Source: Octopus sinensis
Lineage: Eukaryota
DNA length: 64,000 bases
Assembly (NCBI RefSeq): GCF_006345805.1
Contig: NC_043011.1
Coordinates: 18,736,464-18,800,463 of the forward strand
Direction: 5' to 3'
Shown: in pieces, positions 1-12,977 of the stretch
Numbering within the stretch: position 1 is the first letter of the stretch
How the letters are laid out: each line of letters begins with the position of its first letter
Position numbers and translations under genes: made by a program
Notes under the pieces: model-generated
What the model was told of the DNA's origin: nothing
The model's input: the letters and a program-made list of their open reading frames with translations, nothing else
Database searches by the model: none

Positions 1-847
1 AAATAAATTTAGATCCATTATTGCAGACCACCTCCTTCATCAGCGAAAAATTTCTAAAAAGGCTCATATTTACTACGTTTTTCTAATTAGAATTACCTGC
101 TGAGTGTTCTTTATACAGTTATATGAAAAAGAACAGGGAGTGGATAGGTTTTTGAGTAGTTCGAGAAGAATATAAAATGCATTATAAAATATGGCTACTG
201 GTGGCTCTATAGGTAGAGGGTAAGAGGAGAAATTCATGGCGGTTGTTTTGGGGGCTGAATAAGTGTATACAATACTTTGGTTCTTACTTCTACATGATAT
301 ATATATATATATATTTAAATAATAAGAGAGATAAATTGAATATTAATTTTATCAATATCAATTTAAAACCAGTAGCCTAGCATACAAAAATCTGAAGAAT
401 CAGAGAAAATTCTAATACATGAATATATTTAAAGGGCTAAAAAAACCACTATGTGGTTCGTCATATGCTAGAAGTAGATTACCTGCGATCAAACTACAAA
501 GAAAAGGATGTTCTATGGAGAAAAATTCAGCGGACACCAGAACAATATGAGGGCAAGACAGATGAAAATTATATAAAAACAAGAATTTATCGCAGACCTA
601 GGTTTCGCCTATTAACGAATGAATGACTTACGTAATCATAATCGTCCGTAGGCTCGTCAGTACGATCGTTCCAAAGGTAATATAATTTGTAAAACTAACC
701 ACCAGTTTTTCGTATAAAAACAGACACGTACTTAGTTTCACCGATTACATTGGGGTTAATTTCAAATGTCTGAGTTCTGGCGCGCTAAAATTCCGGAAAC
801 AAAATCTGCGGTAAATAATTTACTGCAGTTAATGCTACCTATTAGAG

Positions 848-887
<40 letters not shown>

Positions 888-1300
888 TACATTCTCTTAA
901 GGTGCTGAGTAACATGTACATAAACAGGATGTTGTTACTTTTTTCTTTGAAGGTCTCTGAGTGCAACTGTACAATTGCATATGTGATTATGCATGCTTCG
1001 ATAATATTTTTCACTACAATCTCGTTTTTATCTCCAGGTGCAGTCACCAAATTATTTATTGATTTCAATAATTTCCCCCTTGTCTCAACAAAAATCTGAA
1101 ATAAACACATTCATGTAAGATTCCTTTGTTATTGGCATAACATCAATATTTTCTTCTATTTCCTATTTTGTTAGTGATGCCATATTTATAACTTCATCTT
1201 TTATTCATGGAATGTTTAATTCATTCTCAAATTTCACATGGATTTTCAGATTTAAAGACCAAATTGTTGAATGCTTCTACGATAATATCTTTAGGTATGC

Positions 1301-1383
<83 letters not shown>

Positions 1384-1428
1384 TGTCCAGTGTATTATTG
1401 TTTTAGATCTCTATATATATATGTGTGT

Positions 1429-1475
<47 letters not shown>

Positions 1476-1477
1476 AT

Positions 1478-1655
1478 AACGGGAAAGTTTACGAATATGA
1501 ACAAAAGACGAAGGCGGGTGGAGTACAACAAAGAAATGTATTAGTATATCGCTCAGGAATAGAAAAATTATTTTATGTTTCGAGCCTACGCTTTTCGATA
1601 GAAAGATACACACAAAAAAACATGGAGAGAAAAAAATGCGTGTAGGAGCTAACGC
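1478..1655 (-). mobile_element. PLE-type 3' terminus fragment with degenerate hammerhead; same family as 60513-60690
   Basis: Aligns by eye to 60513-60690 (shared gctcaggaat...gtttcgagcctacgct...gaaag). Flanked by (TA)n and (CA)n. Minus strand at 1570-1605 reads CUUU CUAUCGA A AAGC GUAG GCUC GAA ACAU A AAAU. Confidence 0.7.
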
Positions 1656-1722
1656 ACGCACGCACACACACACACACACACAACACACACACATACACAC
1701 ACACACACACATACACATATAT

Positions 1723-1779
<57 letters not shown>

Positions 1780-2417
1780 AAAAAGTTTCCGCTGACAAAG
1801 CAGGACGTCACCAGAGAATGAAAAATGCGTATACACACGAGAGATAATACCAAAAGAAGTCTAACTCCTCCTCAGTTTTCCTCTGTTTATTACCACATAT
1901 TTCGCCTTTCAAGGAAAAGACTGGAAAACATGATAAGACAGCAGCATCCAGTAATTTTAAAAATATAAAATTTATGGACAGTTAGAGCTTCGAACGCACG
2001 AACGACACCACAGTGGAAGTACATACTTCTTTACATACACATTCGTGAAGACATATATCTCCATAAATTGTTCATAATGTAAGATATCAAATGCTGTCGA
2101 GATAATGATTATACCTACTGAACTCTCACCTGCACAAAAAAGTCTCTAAATATCCTATACTCTAAAACGTGGATGAATTCGTGCAACTTACACTGCCTTT
2201 ACTGGTGACTACTTTGCGAAAAATAAACAGATGACATTTGGAACATCGACGTCTTGAAAACAAGTTGAAAGATGTCGGGTACAGTAATCATAAGAAGCAC
2301 ATCTACTAATGCTCTTTTGACAAAAATTTCTTTCAAGTAATGCTCAGTTACTGTATTTGGAATTTTTTCCCATCACCGTTCAACGTTTGTTTGTTTTTTT
2401 CAATAACTTCTGAATAG

Positions 2418-2529
2418 AAAACCTCTAAAACTGTAGAAATACTCAAGCAAATGCGTGACGAAATTACACGTTGTGCAATAGGTCCAGATATTGAGCGTAG
2501 ATGGCGGCATGACGTAGGACATGGGATTT
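2418..2529 (+). CDS. Candidate internal exon of an unidentified host gene (KTSKTVEILKQMRDEITRCAIGPDIERRWRHDVGHGI)
   Basis: Pyrimidine tract + ...gaatag| acceptor, open frame, t|gtaaga donor (phase 0 to 1). No homology recognised. Confidence 0.3.
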
Positions 2530-3189
2530 GTAAGATAAATTTATTACTTCAATCTATGCCTGCCGCTTGCCTATGTGGTGTTTGTATGAGGAGGAAGTCA
2601 AAATTCACTCTTGATATATTACGCTATGAGGTGGTTTTAGTGGTAGGAAAAAAAAAAAAAAACTTATACCATCCCAAATGAACACCACCGGAGTTAAGTG
2701 CAACGAATTTGCTTTTTAAAATTATGCCAAATAATAATTTTTTTTTTTCGGATTAATTTAACAAAAACAAAGTACCAATGAGTGTTACAGCTTAGAATGG
2801 TTCAAGGTGAATAAAGGTATTAACAGAAGGTAAACAAATATAAATTGTGTAGTTCTAGAGTACCACAGCTCCATAAAATGGTTGAGCAGTAACTACACCC
2901 ATATCAACAACCCGGGATGATATAACGTCTTAGAATATTGCGTTTTATCTGACCAATAAGGAAAGCATAGATAATGACTGATCACCTTCATGCGAACATT
3001 TTTTATTAGAACAATTTTAATAAAATAGCAACACTATCACTATGTTAGAAATACCAAATGGTAGCTATAAGTAATGCTACAGAAATATAAACGTTACAAT
3101 ACATACATACACACGTGCGCACACACACACGTACGTATATGCATAAGTGTATACAAGTGTGAAGAACTATATATATCTATATCTATATA

Positions 3190-3650
3190 TCTATATATAT
3201 ATATACATAGCTCTTCACACATGTCTCGAATGTAGTTGCCTCTTCACTTTTGATGGACCTTCTAAGGTCTCGGTCATTTGCATTTTCTTCCTAGCTGAAT
3301 TCGATATTACATTTTTTCATGTTGACGCTCAACAAATTCCTGTACCTCTTTGTATGCCCACCGTTCTCCTTCGTTATTTATTTTTTTCCCTTCAGCGGAG
3401 AATAGAAAATATGTTTTCGTAAACGGGCATCGGTCATTTGAACAACATACTCCATCTCATTTGCCTCTTGATGATATTTTCCAATATTTTCAGTTACCAA
3501 CGATATATTGTCCAGGTTCCAGAAGCATACAGCAGTGCTGGAACGATCACTGTTTTGTACATTTGGTGTCGGTTTTGATGTTAGGGTCTTCAACGTCGTC
3601 GACACGAAGACGGCCGAAGGCAGTTCCAGCTCACTTCACACGATGGTATA
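3190..3650 (-). mobile_element. Decayed RTE-clade LINE, RT C-terminal/3' region
   Basis: Minus-strand translation across frameshifts: AFGRLRV...TKMYKTVIVPALLYASGTWTIY...YVVQMTDARLRKHIFYS..KG...NMKKCNIEF. This is typical of the RTE post-RT region. Confidence 0.75.
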
Positions 3651-3674
3651 CATTTGTTCTGTGTTAGTATATAA

Positions 3675-3715
<41 letters not shown>

Positions 3716-4101
3716 TATATATACAGACAGAGAGAGAGAGAGGTGAATAAGTGCGTTCATTAGAAAGATTAAAATAACAAAACATATCACCAAATAATAA
3801 ATACATGATATACGCTTGTGCATTTGTGTGTATATGCAAACGTGTAACTAAATATGATGTCTGTGGAAATCACTACTAATCTACGGAGGTCAAACACTAA
3901 AATATATGTGTGTGTGTACGCGTGTGTGTATGTGTCTTTGTGTGTGCCTATACACACACACACATATATGTATGTGTACAAAAATTCGGTTGGTGTAAAA
4001 AATGTAGATAACATCTTTATCATTACAAACCGTATTGTTCACTTCTTTATGCAATGTTATTAACTTTAGTACGCCAAATTATTGGGACATATTTCCAACA
4101 G

Positions 4102-4192
4102 GAAATATTCTCAGCGTTATGCAACAGAATGGAATATTCAGAAATTAACGCAAATAAACAATTCTAACACATCATATTACTGGAATACAAAG
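4102..4192 (+). CDS. Candidate internal exon (KYSQRYATEWNIQKLTQINNSNTSYYWNTK)
   Basis: atttccaacag| acceptor and aag|gttaga donor. Only one frame is open. It ends in phase 0, compatible with the exon at 5308. Confidence 0.25.
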
Positions 4193-5076
4193 GTTAGATA
4201 TACGATTCATCTGTATACACGTGAAATTTACTCTACGTGTTTGCCTCGAATAGAAGACTAGTGCTACAGTAATTTGGTCAGTAAAGAGAAAACAACTCAG
4301 AAAAGAATACTAATATTGATGTGTTAGGTTGTACAACAGAATTCTATTCTATATTCTATATTCCAATGCACTCACATCAATTAATTTATAGTGCTCAATA
4401 GAAGGTAAAGAATTTCCCAACCTTAATTTAAGTAAAAGCCAGTAAAATTAAACAAGATGACAATTAAGTCCAAGTAAAAAATATATTATTAAAATCAGTT
4501 TACTATCTAAGATTGAAACCTAATTCTTTCACGAGGCCATCAAACACAGGAATCTCCAGGGAATTATATACTACAAATATAAACATTTATTCAAATCGAG
4601 CCACCGTTATATACATTTACAAAAATTTAAATTCCAACCACATCTAAACACATAGAAATAGAACTCTTTCAAAGCACTTTTTAATATTGCATACATGTTT
4701 TATATATATATATATATATATATAAATATATATGTGTGTGTGTATTTGTGTGTGTGTTACAAAAGATATGCAATACAGAGAATTTATACATACTCATCTG
4801 TATAAAAGCACAAAAAAATGCCAACGAAACACAATTATACGCGGGTATATAAACATGCATGTATGCACGTGTACAAAGGTATATAAATATATGAATGCAC
4901 ACACAAACATACAAGCATACACACACACGCACATATATATATGAGTGTGTGCCCAAACATACACATGCATAGACATATGAACTAGAGAGAGAGAGCGAGA
5001 GAGAGAGAGAAAGAGATTAAAAGATAGAGAAGGAAACTGTGAGTGAAAGACTGACAGAAAATGCAAGTATAAACTG

Positions 5077-5135
<59 letters not shown>

Positions 5136-5307
5136 TTTATGGATGTGTGTGTGTAAGTATGTATGTAAATATGCATATATATTTTTTTTTCCATATCCAC
5201 ATATGCCTACAAATATACATCCATACATACATATATGTAGAAATATACACATATACCAGTGCAATTTTTATTTTTAAATATGTATATGAACAGTTATCTC
5301 ATTACAG

Positions 5308-5436
5308 GGACAGTCAAATTACGTGGGAGAATATATTGACATATATGTAGAAGAAATTAAGCGTTTATCAAAGTTAAAAGTGGCTATTTCTGTTGCTTCA
5401 TTGTGCGTAGCTGTATGGATTTGTATACTACTGTTT
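5308..5436 (+). CDS. Candidate exon with a transmembrane segment (GQSNYVGEYIDIYVEEIKRLSKLKVAISVASLCVAVWICILLF)
   Basis: tctcattacag|G acceptor, consensus |gtgagt donor, 129 nt, phase 0-0, ~20-residue hydrophobic stretch. If unspliced it reads VSVL* to 5451. Confidence 0.45.
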
Positions 5437-5954
5437 GTGAGTGTTCTCTAAAAGTATTGCCAATATTATATTTCTAATAATATGCAAGTTGGTGTATATC
5501 AAAACTTTTAAACATCATAACGTACATATTTATAAGTTATTTTCTTCGATAAAACTGAGAAATTTACATTGCGACAACAAGGTGTCGACGTAAAAAACAA
5601 GGTATTATATCTCTAAAAGAAAAATAAATTTTTACGAATATATACAAAAATAGATAAGAAACTACAAAAAAATATATTGACCATAATGCGTGCATATATC
5701 ATATAATTATACATAAAATAATATATATGATATATATTTGAGTGTGCGTATGTGTGTGTATGTGTTTGTCTGGGTGTCAGTACGTGTGCAAGCCTTCATA
5801 TACATGCACACATATGGTGCAGCCTTTATGTATTCGTATGCGATATGTATATATCAATACGTATATATATGTGTATATATATAAATATATACGCATATGT
5901 ATACATATGTATATGTATATATATATATACATATATACATATATATATACATAT

Positions 5955-5995
<41 letters not shown>

Positions 5996-6139
5996 CACAC
6001 ACACATATATATAGGCACAAACACATGCACACATAAATCTAATTGTGTATTCGATTTATATCTCTGACTGTGTATGCACTTGAATGTGTGTATGTGCGAG
6101 TCTGTGTGTTTGTATGTATGTGTGTGTGTGTGTGTGTGG

Positions 6140-6170
<31 letters not shown>

Positions 6171-6533
6171 TGTGTGTGTGTGTGTGTGTTTGCGTGCGTG
6201 CGTGCAGCAGTATCATCCGTATTTCTTTATTTTTGAATTCTCTATTTAAAAAATACTGAAAAAACAAGGGATATTTCCATTAAAATTCAGACAACAAATC
6301 ACTTGCAGAACTTAAGAAAAAATTTACATATTTTTACTGTCCTATTGATGAATTGCATTTACATAATTAGCCTGTCTATATACAATCTACACGCACACGC
6401 ATGTTCAATATATATGCTCAAATATATATATAAAGATATATATGTGTGCGTGTGGGTATGTATTTGTATATATATATACATATATATATATACATATATA
6501 TTTAGGTATGTATATATACATGCATATATAGAC

Positions 6534-6597
<64 letters not shown>

Positions 6598-8238
6598 GTC
6601 TGTGTGTGCATATACACGTGCCTGTGTGGCTGTTTGTGTGTGTATTGTATAAATGGACATGTACAAATATTTGTGTGTCCGCGTACTTGATGCCTATGTA
6701 TGTTACATCAGTATAGTGTTCATTGCTAATTTTGAAGCGTTCACTGATACAATCACTGATCAATGCACCAATGAACTTTTGTAGAGAAGGGAAACAATAA
6801 CCACAAGTTTGTGAGATTCCACATTTTGATATAACTGCTTTTGATTGGCTTTCATTTTTAATTTTTGATGAGATGAGATGATATTTGCATGGAAGTTAAC
6901 CAACACAATAATGCATGTTTAATAGTTATTTCTAACTAAATCCCTGTCGACATGTTTTCACGTATATACCTGTTTGTAGTTCGAAGATTTTCTTTTCTTT
7001 ATAAAGTTGTCCAAAGTATAATTCTTTAATTTCTAAAAACGAGCAAACTAGTCCCATATTCTTGTCATTTCTGCCCTCTCAACAACACATACATCAATGT
7101 ATTACGACGCCATGCACTTGGAATGTTTACGGGATTCTGTGCTCTGATAAACAACAACGTGGAACAGAGCAATCACCCACTCTCAGACAGTTTTAATTTA
7201 AGACGTGTGTCTTTACATTCACCGTTGTATGGAAGACACAAATCATCAATATAACATTACTTAATATTGTTTTCTGTAAGATATCAATCGTCTGAACAGT
7301 TTTGTTGAATTCATTGCTACTAAACCTGGCATGCAGAAGGATATCTGATCTATATAAACATTATATTATACACTCAAGTAACATTACTACCTTCCCGTGT
7401 GTATTGAGTCATTCATGTAGTTTAAATATCTCGAAGATATTTAATGTATCTTATATTATCGTTATCTAAGCTCTTTGTTTCCGAATGTTGCTATTAGCTT
7501 TAAATATTCATATAAATTATATTTATCAATATCTGTTGTGTTTCAGAGTAAGTTCTTATTTACATGTGAAACCGTACTGCTATAAATCTGTTTAATGTAT
7601 ATGTTGCTTCGAGTATCTCTGCGTAAGGAACAATGATTTATAATTATATAGCATATATTTTTATACAGTCATTATATAAATAGATCATGAGAGATGTGCA
7701 ACCCATGCTAAATTAGAAATATGGGGAAAAAAGCAGTTGGATTGTCAATGCCAGAAAATTTTTGGCATATTTGAGATAATGAACAACCATGCTATCTAAA
7801 TGTCTATCATAGTATATATGGGGGCATTACATTGCATGTTACAATTATGGAAAATTATGCTTACGATAAGTATTATATCAAAAATTATGTTTTTACGTTA
7901 ACTGCAAATGAACATGCTACTGAATCCTAACAAATGTAATTTTTCACAGAGTTTTCACACCGAGGGATTTTATATAATACTGTCTAAAAACAACATGCTG
8001 CAGCATCAAGTAAAGTACAGAAAAGGAGAAAAAGATAAATGTTTAACAAATTCACGTTTGAATAAAGTATATGAATAAATTATATTTTTTTTAGAAACCA
8101 AATGCAAGAATATTAAAGAAAGAGAATAAAAAAAGACATATATTGATTTAAAACTTTGAAACAAGGACAGCAATTGCGGAATCGTTGATGTCGATTTCGT
8201 CAAACCTAGTTTTCAACCGATACTTATTTTATCAAAGT

Positions 8239-8480
8239 GAATGCGCGTGGTTATGGCATTTGTCTCAGGATCGGGAGTTCAAATCCTGGTGGCGCGTTGT
8301 GTCCCTGAACAACTTTATTTCACTTTCCTCCAGTCCACTCAGCTGACAAAAATATGTAGTACCTTATCACGTTCTACGTTACGCTGAAGTTCTCTGTGAA
8401 CTACGTTAATGTTCGGCATGCTTGTGGAATGCTCAGTCACTTTCACTTTCATTTCATGAGCAAGCTGTTCCGTTGATTTT
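8239..8480 (+). mobile_element. tRNA-derived SINE (octopus OR-like, CORE-like middle), degenerate
   Basis: tRNA-like head (gagttcaaatcc B-box), then ttgtgtccctgaacaactttatttcac...ccagtccactcagctg. 3' tail is shared with 47656-47977 and 12622-12977. Confidence 0.8.
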
Positions 8481-8484
8481 ATTA

Positions 8485-8585
8485 AACACGAAAGGATGAA
8501 AGCCAAAATTTACCTCGGCGAAAGAAATACTTCTAATAATTTTGTCTGATGTGCTAACCATTCTGGTACCACGCAGTCTTAAAGC
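8485..8585 (-). mobile_element. Degenerate fragment of the SINE family at 56577-56808
   Basis: cgaaaggatgaaagccaaaatttacctcggcg is the reverse complement of that family's core. Confidence 0.6.
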
Positions 8586-8849
8586 AGGCATCTCTATAGC
8601 AATCGTACACACAAAACGTAAGCTTTCGATTCCTCATTTCCTCTACCTCTCTGTATCTGTTTCTCCCTGTAACTCCTTATAAATTAACTACACTTTATTC
8701 TCGATATTGGTGACTGTATTTCGTTTTCAACATTTCACAGAAAGCAGGTCAAAATGGAGGGACTTTATGATAAATCAACATCCCCGGTAACATATGGTCG
8801 TTTGCCCTGAAAAGGAAAAATTATAGAATTGCTTAGGATCTATTCGATA

Positions 8850-9170
8850 TGGTCAAACCCTGTCATGTGTTGAGTTATACTCTGTTGCACTTGAAACTTT
8901 GCATCTAGTGTTTCAAACCCACCATCGCAGAATCACCTACTTGGTTGTACTCAGTTAAACTTCACATATAACCCGTAGTTAGGGGTCAATAATATTTGAT
9001 CTTAAGCAGCTGAGATGAAGTCTTCGAACACTGCATTTAAGGCTGGGTGCCGTAGCTACTGATTAGTTTGCTTCATTTCCACATCAGCTATTTACTCCGG
9101 AACACTAATTTTCTATGCAGGGGTTTCTGCTCCCATTTACCAGCCAATTCTTCCAGTGCATATTTCTTTA
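8850..9170 (-). mobile_element. Decayed R4/Dong-like (RLE) non-LTR retrotransposon fragment
   Basis: Minus strand: ELAGKWEQKPLHRK...ADVEMKQTNQ*LR..(L)K...F..AA*DQ.LLTPNYG, followed by a decayed CCHC-like region. Matches the W..K.LHG / AAQDQ motifs of the clade. Confidence 0.6.
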
Positions 9171-9671
9171 CCAATTATTATACTTTCTTTGCAGTAATAT
9201 TTCTTCTGACGAAGCTACTGGTGTAAATACTCAAATGTCAGCTCCCATTTGCCTATAGCAACAAATTTTCCCCATGACAAAATATTTTATGGCTTTCTTA
9301 CGGGTTCGAATACGTCCCGATTAGATTTCAACTGGTAATAACTTTAAATTTATAGACGTAACTTCTTAGCGTTGCCACACCGTAACTTGTCTGCGGTGAG
9401 TCGCCGATTACCGCTCCCAGGCATTGTTCAATGACGAGAATATCATATGAGAGGCAATCTCTCTTATCAGTTATCAGCGCATTTTTTCACGTTTCTGACA
9501 TTCTGAAACGCTTTCAACTCACAGTGTGGGTAGTTGGATCTGCAAGCTGATTTTGTTGAATGTATTAATTTTTGTCTACAGCGAGAAATCTTTACCAAGA
9601 CAAAACACAGTTCATGGATTCGAATATACTCCGAGCACATTTCTGATTGTTAATAACATTGCAATCTATTC

Positions 9672-9875
<204 letters not shown>

Positions 9876-12621
9876 ACATATAAATCTCAGAGCGAGGTAT
9901 TAACAGCAGTAGCACGACATCGTGAAGTATTTTAGTCACCAAAATGTGGTTAACCTTTAAGGGTCGATGCTACTGTAACTTGTAGCCCCAGGAAGACATC
10001 TCCTCCAGTGGGCTGTTGGTACGCTATCTGTGCCCTATCAGTATTTGCAAAGGGAAGTCATCTTTCCCATCTCCTCACTGAAGTGATACACACGGACCCG
10101 CGTTTCTTGGTATTGACCCGTCATCAGCGTGTGACATCCGCTGGTTGGCGATGGGAAGTGGTTCTCAATGCAAATATATATACTTTTTGTAGTGACATCG
10201 TATTACTTTAATTCAGAACTCAGAATTACAGTCTTCAGAATCTTTAATATATATTTATATATATATTAAAGATACTTAGAACTGAAATTCTGGGTTCTGA
10301 AATAAAGAAATACAATGGGCAACAGGTTATCTATATCATAATATCTTTCACATTTCCAGCTGAAATTTATAAGATTTTGTGCAACATTCAATCTCAGACC
10401 ACATTCATATCTTGTTTCGAAGGGTCTATTATATAGTTTGCATTTCTTAACATTTTGACAAACCATTATAAGCATTCTATATTTTGTAGATGCATTTCGA
10501 ATGAAATAACCTTTCTCTTAGCATCCGGGCTTCTCTACATCTTCATGGATTCTGTATTATTACTTTTTTTATTACACATTTATCTAATAATCGACGCTGA
10601 AATTATCTGTGTATTTTAGGGTTACATTTTAAGCTCCGTTTTGTTTCGGAAGAAGATTTTCTTTACTTGAATTAGCTATAGTCAGTGAATGGGTTTACAT
10701 CAAGGACAATTAGCGATGCTATTTACTCTGCTGTTAAACAGAACACAAATATTTAAGAATACATTGATTTAAACTAATATTCTGGAGTGAAAAGTCTAAT
10801 ATGCTATAGCTGAATAGAATACAAAGTTTATTTTACCGATGGTGTGTCTTTTACTATTTAAATATTTCCTTAGAAACTTTAAATTATGCACGATGTGTTG
10901 TTCGGCTTTTAATAGAGGAATATGGGACTTACTGACAAAAAATAAAATGTATATGACAATGAATTAAAGCAGTGTAAAACCAACGAAATATCCTATCACA
11001 TATCCAGCATCCATTATATTTCATATCCCAGTTGATATAGTGAAAGCTAAAATGAATATATCTGAGGTAATCATCTTAAATCTAAGGAAATATATTTAAA
11101 CTTTATAGAACATGCTAACTGATAGTTTGGCACTTTCTCCATGATTGTTGCAATAAGCAGAGAGGCATAAATAATCTTATCGCCTTATGTTTTCAATTCA
11201 AATTATATCTTAGATTTTCCTAATGCATACAATAAGATGATCTTCAAATAGTCGCCTTGGACCGATATAATCCATTATGGCTCCCTGGATATGTGTGACT
11301 GTAAGCAAAGTTTTAATATTCATCCAAGATGCTTCATTAACAAATTGCATCACCATTCGCTAATCCGACTGTATGACATATGATATCGTTCCAAAAACAG
11401 GAAATATATCTCGGCATGTAAACCTTTTAATACATTAAATTTAAATAACTCTTCTGACAATTTCAGCTCTTAAGAAACATTTTCTGTTGGGATATACTGA
11501 CCAGTATACAGAACTACTGCATAGCTGAAAACTATTTTTAGTCAAGCATCAATAGACACGATTTTTAATAATTACATATTTATTTTTAGTTTTAATGAAA
11601 ATTTAGTCTCAAAACTTTGCAATGCGTTTAATTTTGTAATATCTCGCAAACGTTATAAATGAAAATCAGTAGTGTTTTTGAACTGTGTCTTATTTAATGA
11701 GGAAATTATTTAAAACTAATCTTGATCAAATGTGTTTGAACTTCATTTTTTTTTAGAAAAATTTATTTGGTTACAAATATTTCTGATGGCAAAAAATATT
11801 TTCAGCTTTCATAGAAATAAAATGTTTCTCGGTTACTAAATCGACGTATTAATCAATAGACACAAAAACATTTTGAATTCTGCATTACCAGATTGAAAGC
11901 TTGGAAAAACGTTTACAAGGATCTGATAAAATTTCTTCTAAAATTAAAAAAAAACAAATATACGGGAAAATTTCGAAATAAATTGCCGAAAAGATTGTGG
12001 GATGCATTTAATGTGTATGTATTTTCATCAAAGTTTAAAATTGATTTGAACTGATACAAATCAACTAAAAGAAATAGTGTTTCGGTTTCAATAGATTAGC
12101 TCTTAAAATAGTTTTATGATAGCGTGTAAATGAAAACTAAGATAATCAAGGTCATTTATCAACGTGCATGTGTGTTTTCTAAAAGAAATCGAATATCAAA
12201 GGCTACAAATGACTAGGTTTATAATATTTTATTTTTATTTAAGTACTTCAAATTAAAATTCTATTTTGTCTAATTACACACGCTGCTAAAATATATTTTC
12301 CAAAAAAATATTTCCCTCATTTCAATTAGTAATTTAACAGTAATTTAACAGTAAAATAGTAATTTATGAATCACTTGCGATGATGGCCAAATGTAATAAA
12401 GCCCAAAGTTTGATGACGCTATGTTTCTTTAGATAAGGTTGATTACCAGCTGAATCTTTAAGCAGTCCATATAATTACAGAAATGTTGTATAGTACCTTA
12501 GTAAATCTTGCAGAATATATTTAGCCCCAAAAATCCGGGTTTCAATGTATAATGGTTTATTACGTCTGAAATTACTATTTCTAGGTTTTTCTACGAATAC
12601 TCGCACTGATCATTTCGTAGC

Positions 12622-12977
12622 ACTCCGTCGGTTACGACGATGAGGTTCCAGTTGATCGGATCAACGGAACAGCCTGCTCGTGAAATTAACGTGCAAGTGG
12701 CTGAGCATTCCACGGGCACGTGAATCGTCAACGTAGTTGTCGGGGAGATTCTGCGTGACAAAGAGTGTGACAAGGCTGGCCCTTCGACATACAGATGCAA
12801 CAGAAACATGAAGAGCGAGAGAAATCTGTGGTGAATGAAAACAGCAGGTCTCGGACCCTGGTGGAGCTTTAGGTGTTTTTGCTCAATAAACCCTCAACAT
12901 GCCTGGTCTGGGAATCGAAACGGCGATCCTAACAACGCGAGTCCACTGCCCTAAACACTGGGCCATTACGCCTCCAC
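12622..12977 (-). mobile_element. tRNA-derived SINE (OR-like), full length
   Basis: Minus-strand head gtggaggcgtaatggcccagtgtttagggcagtggactcgcg...gtttcgattccc. Tail gcacgttaatttcacgagcaggctgttccgttgatcc...cgtcgtaaccgacggagt matches 47656-47800, but the middle domain differs. Confidence 0.9.

Noticed and set aside
466-627. Open frame MLEVDYLRSNYKEKDVLWRKIQRTPEQ...
   Set aside because: Short, no recognised motif, no convincing splice context.
8095-8200. KENKKR...IAESL resemblance to a guanylate-cyclase coiled-coil region
   Set aside because: In-frame stop and poor match at the LLYQMLP positions; likely chance in A-rich sequence.
11170-11560. Possible very old CR1/L2 RT remnant (YLDF-like)
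   Set aside because: Too degraded to support from sequence alone.
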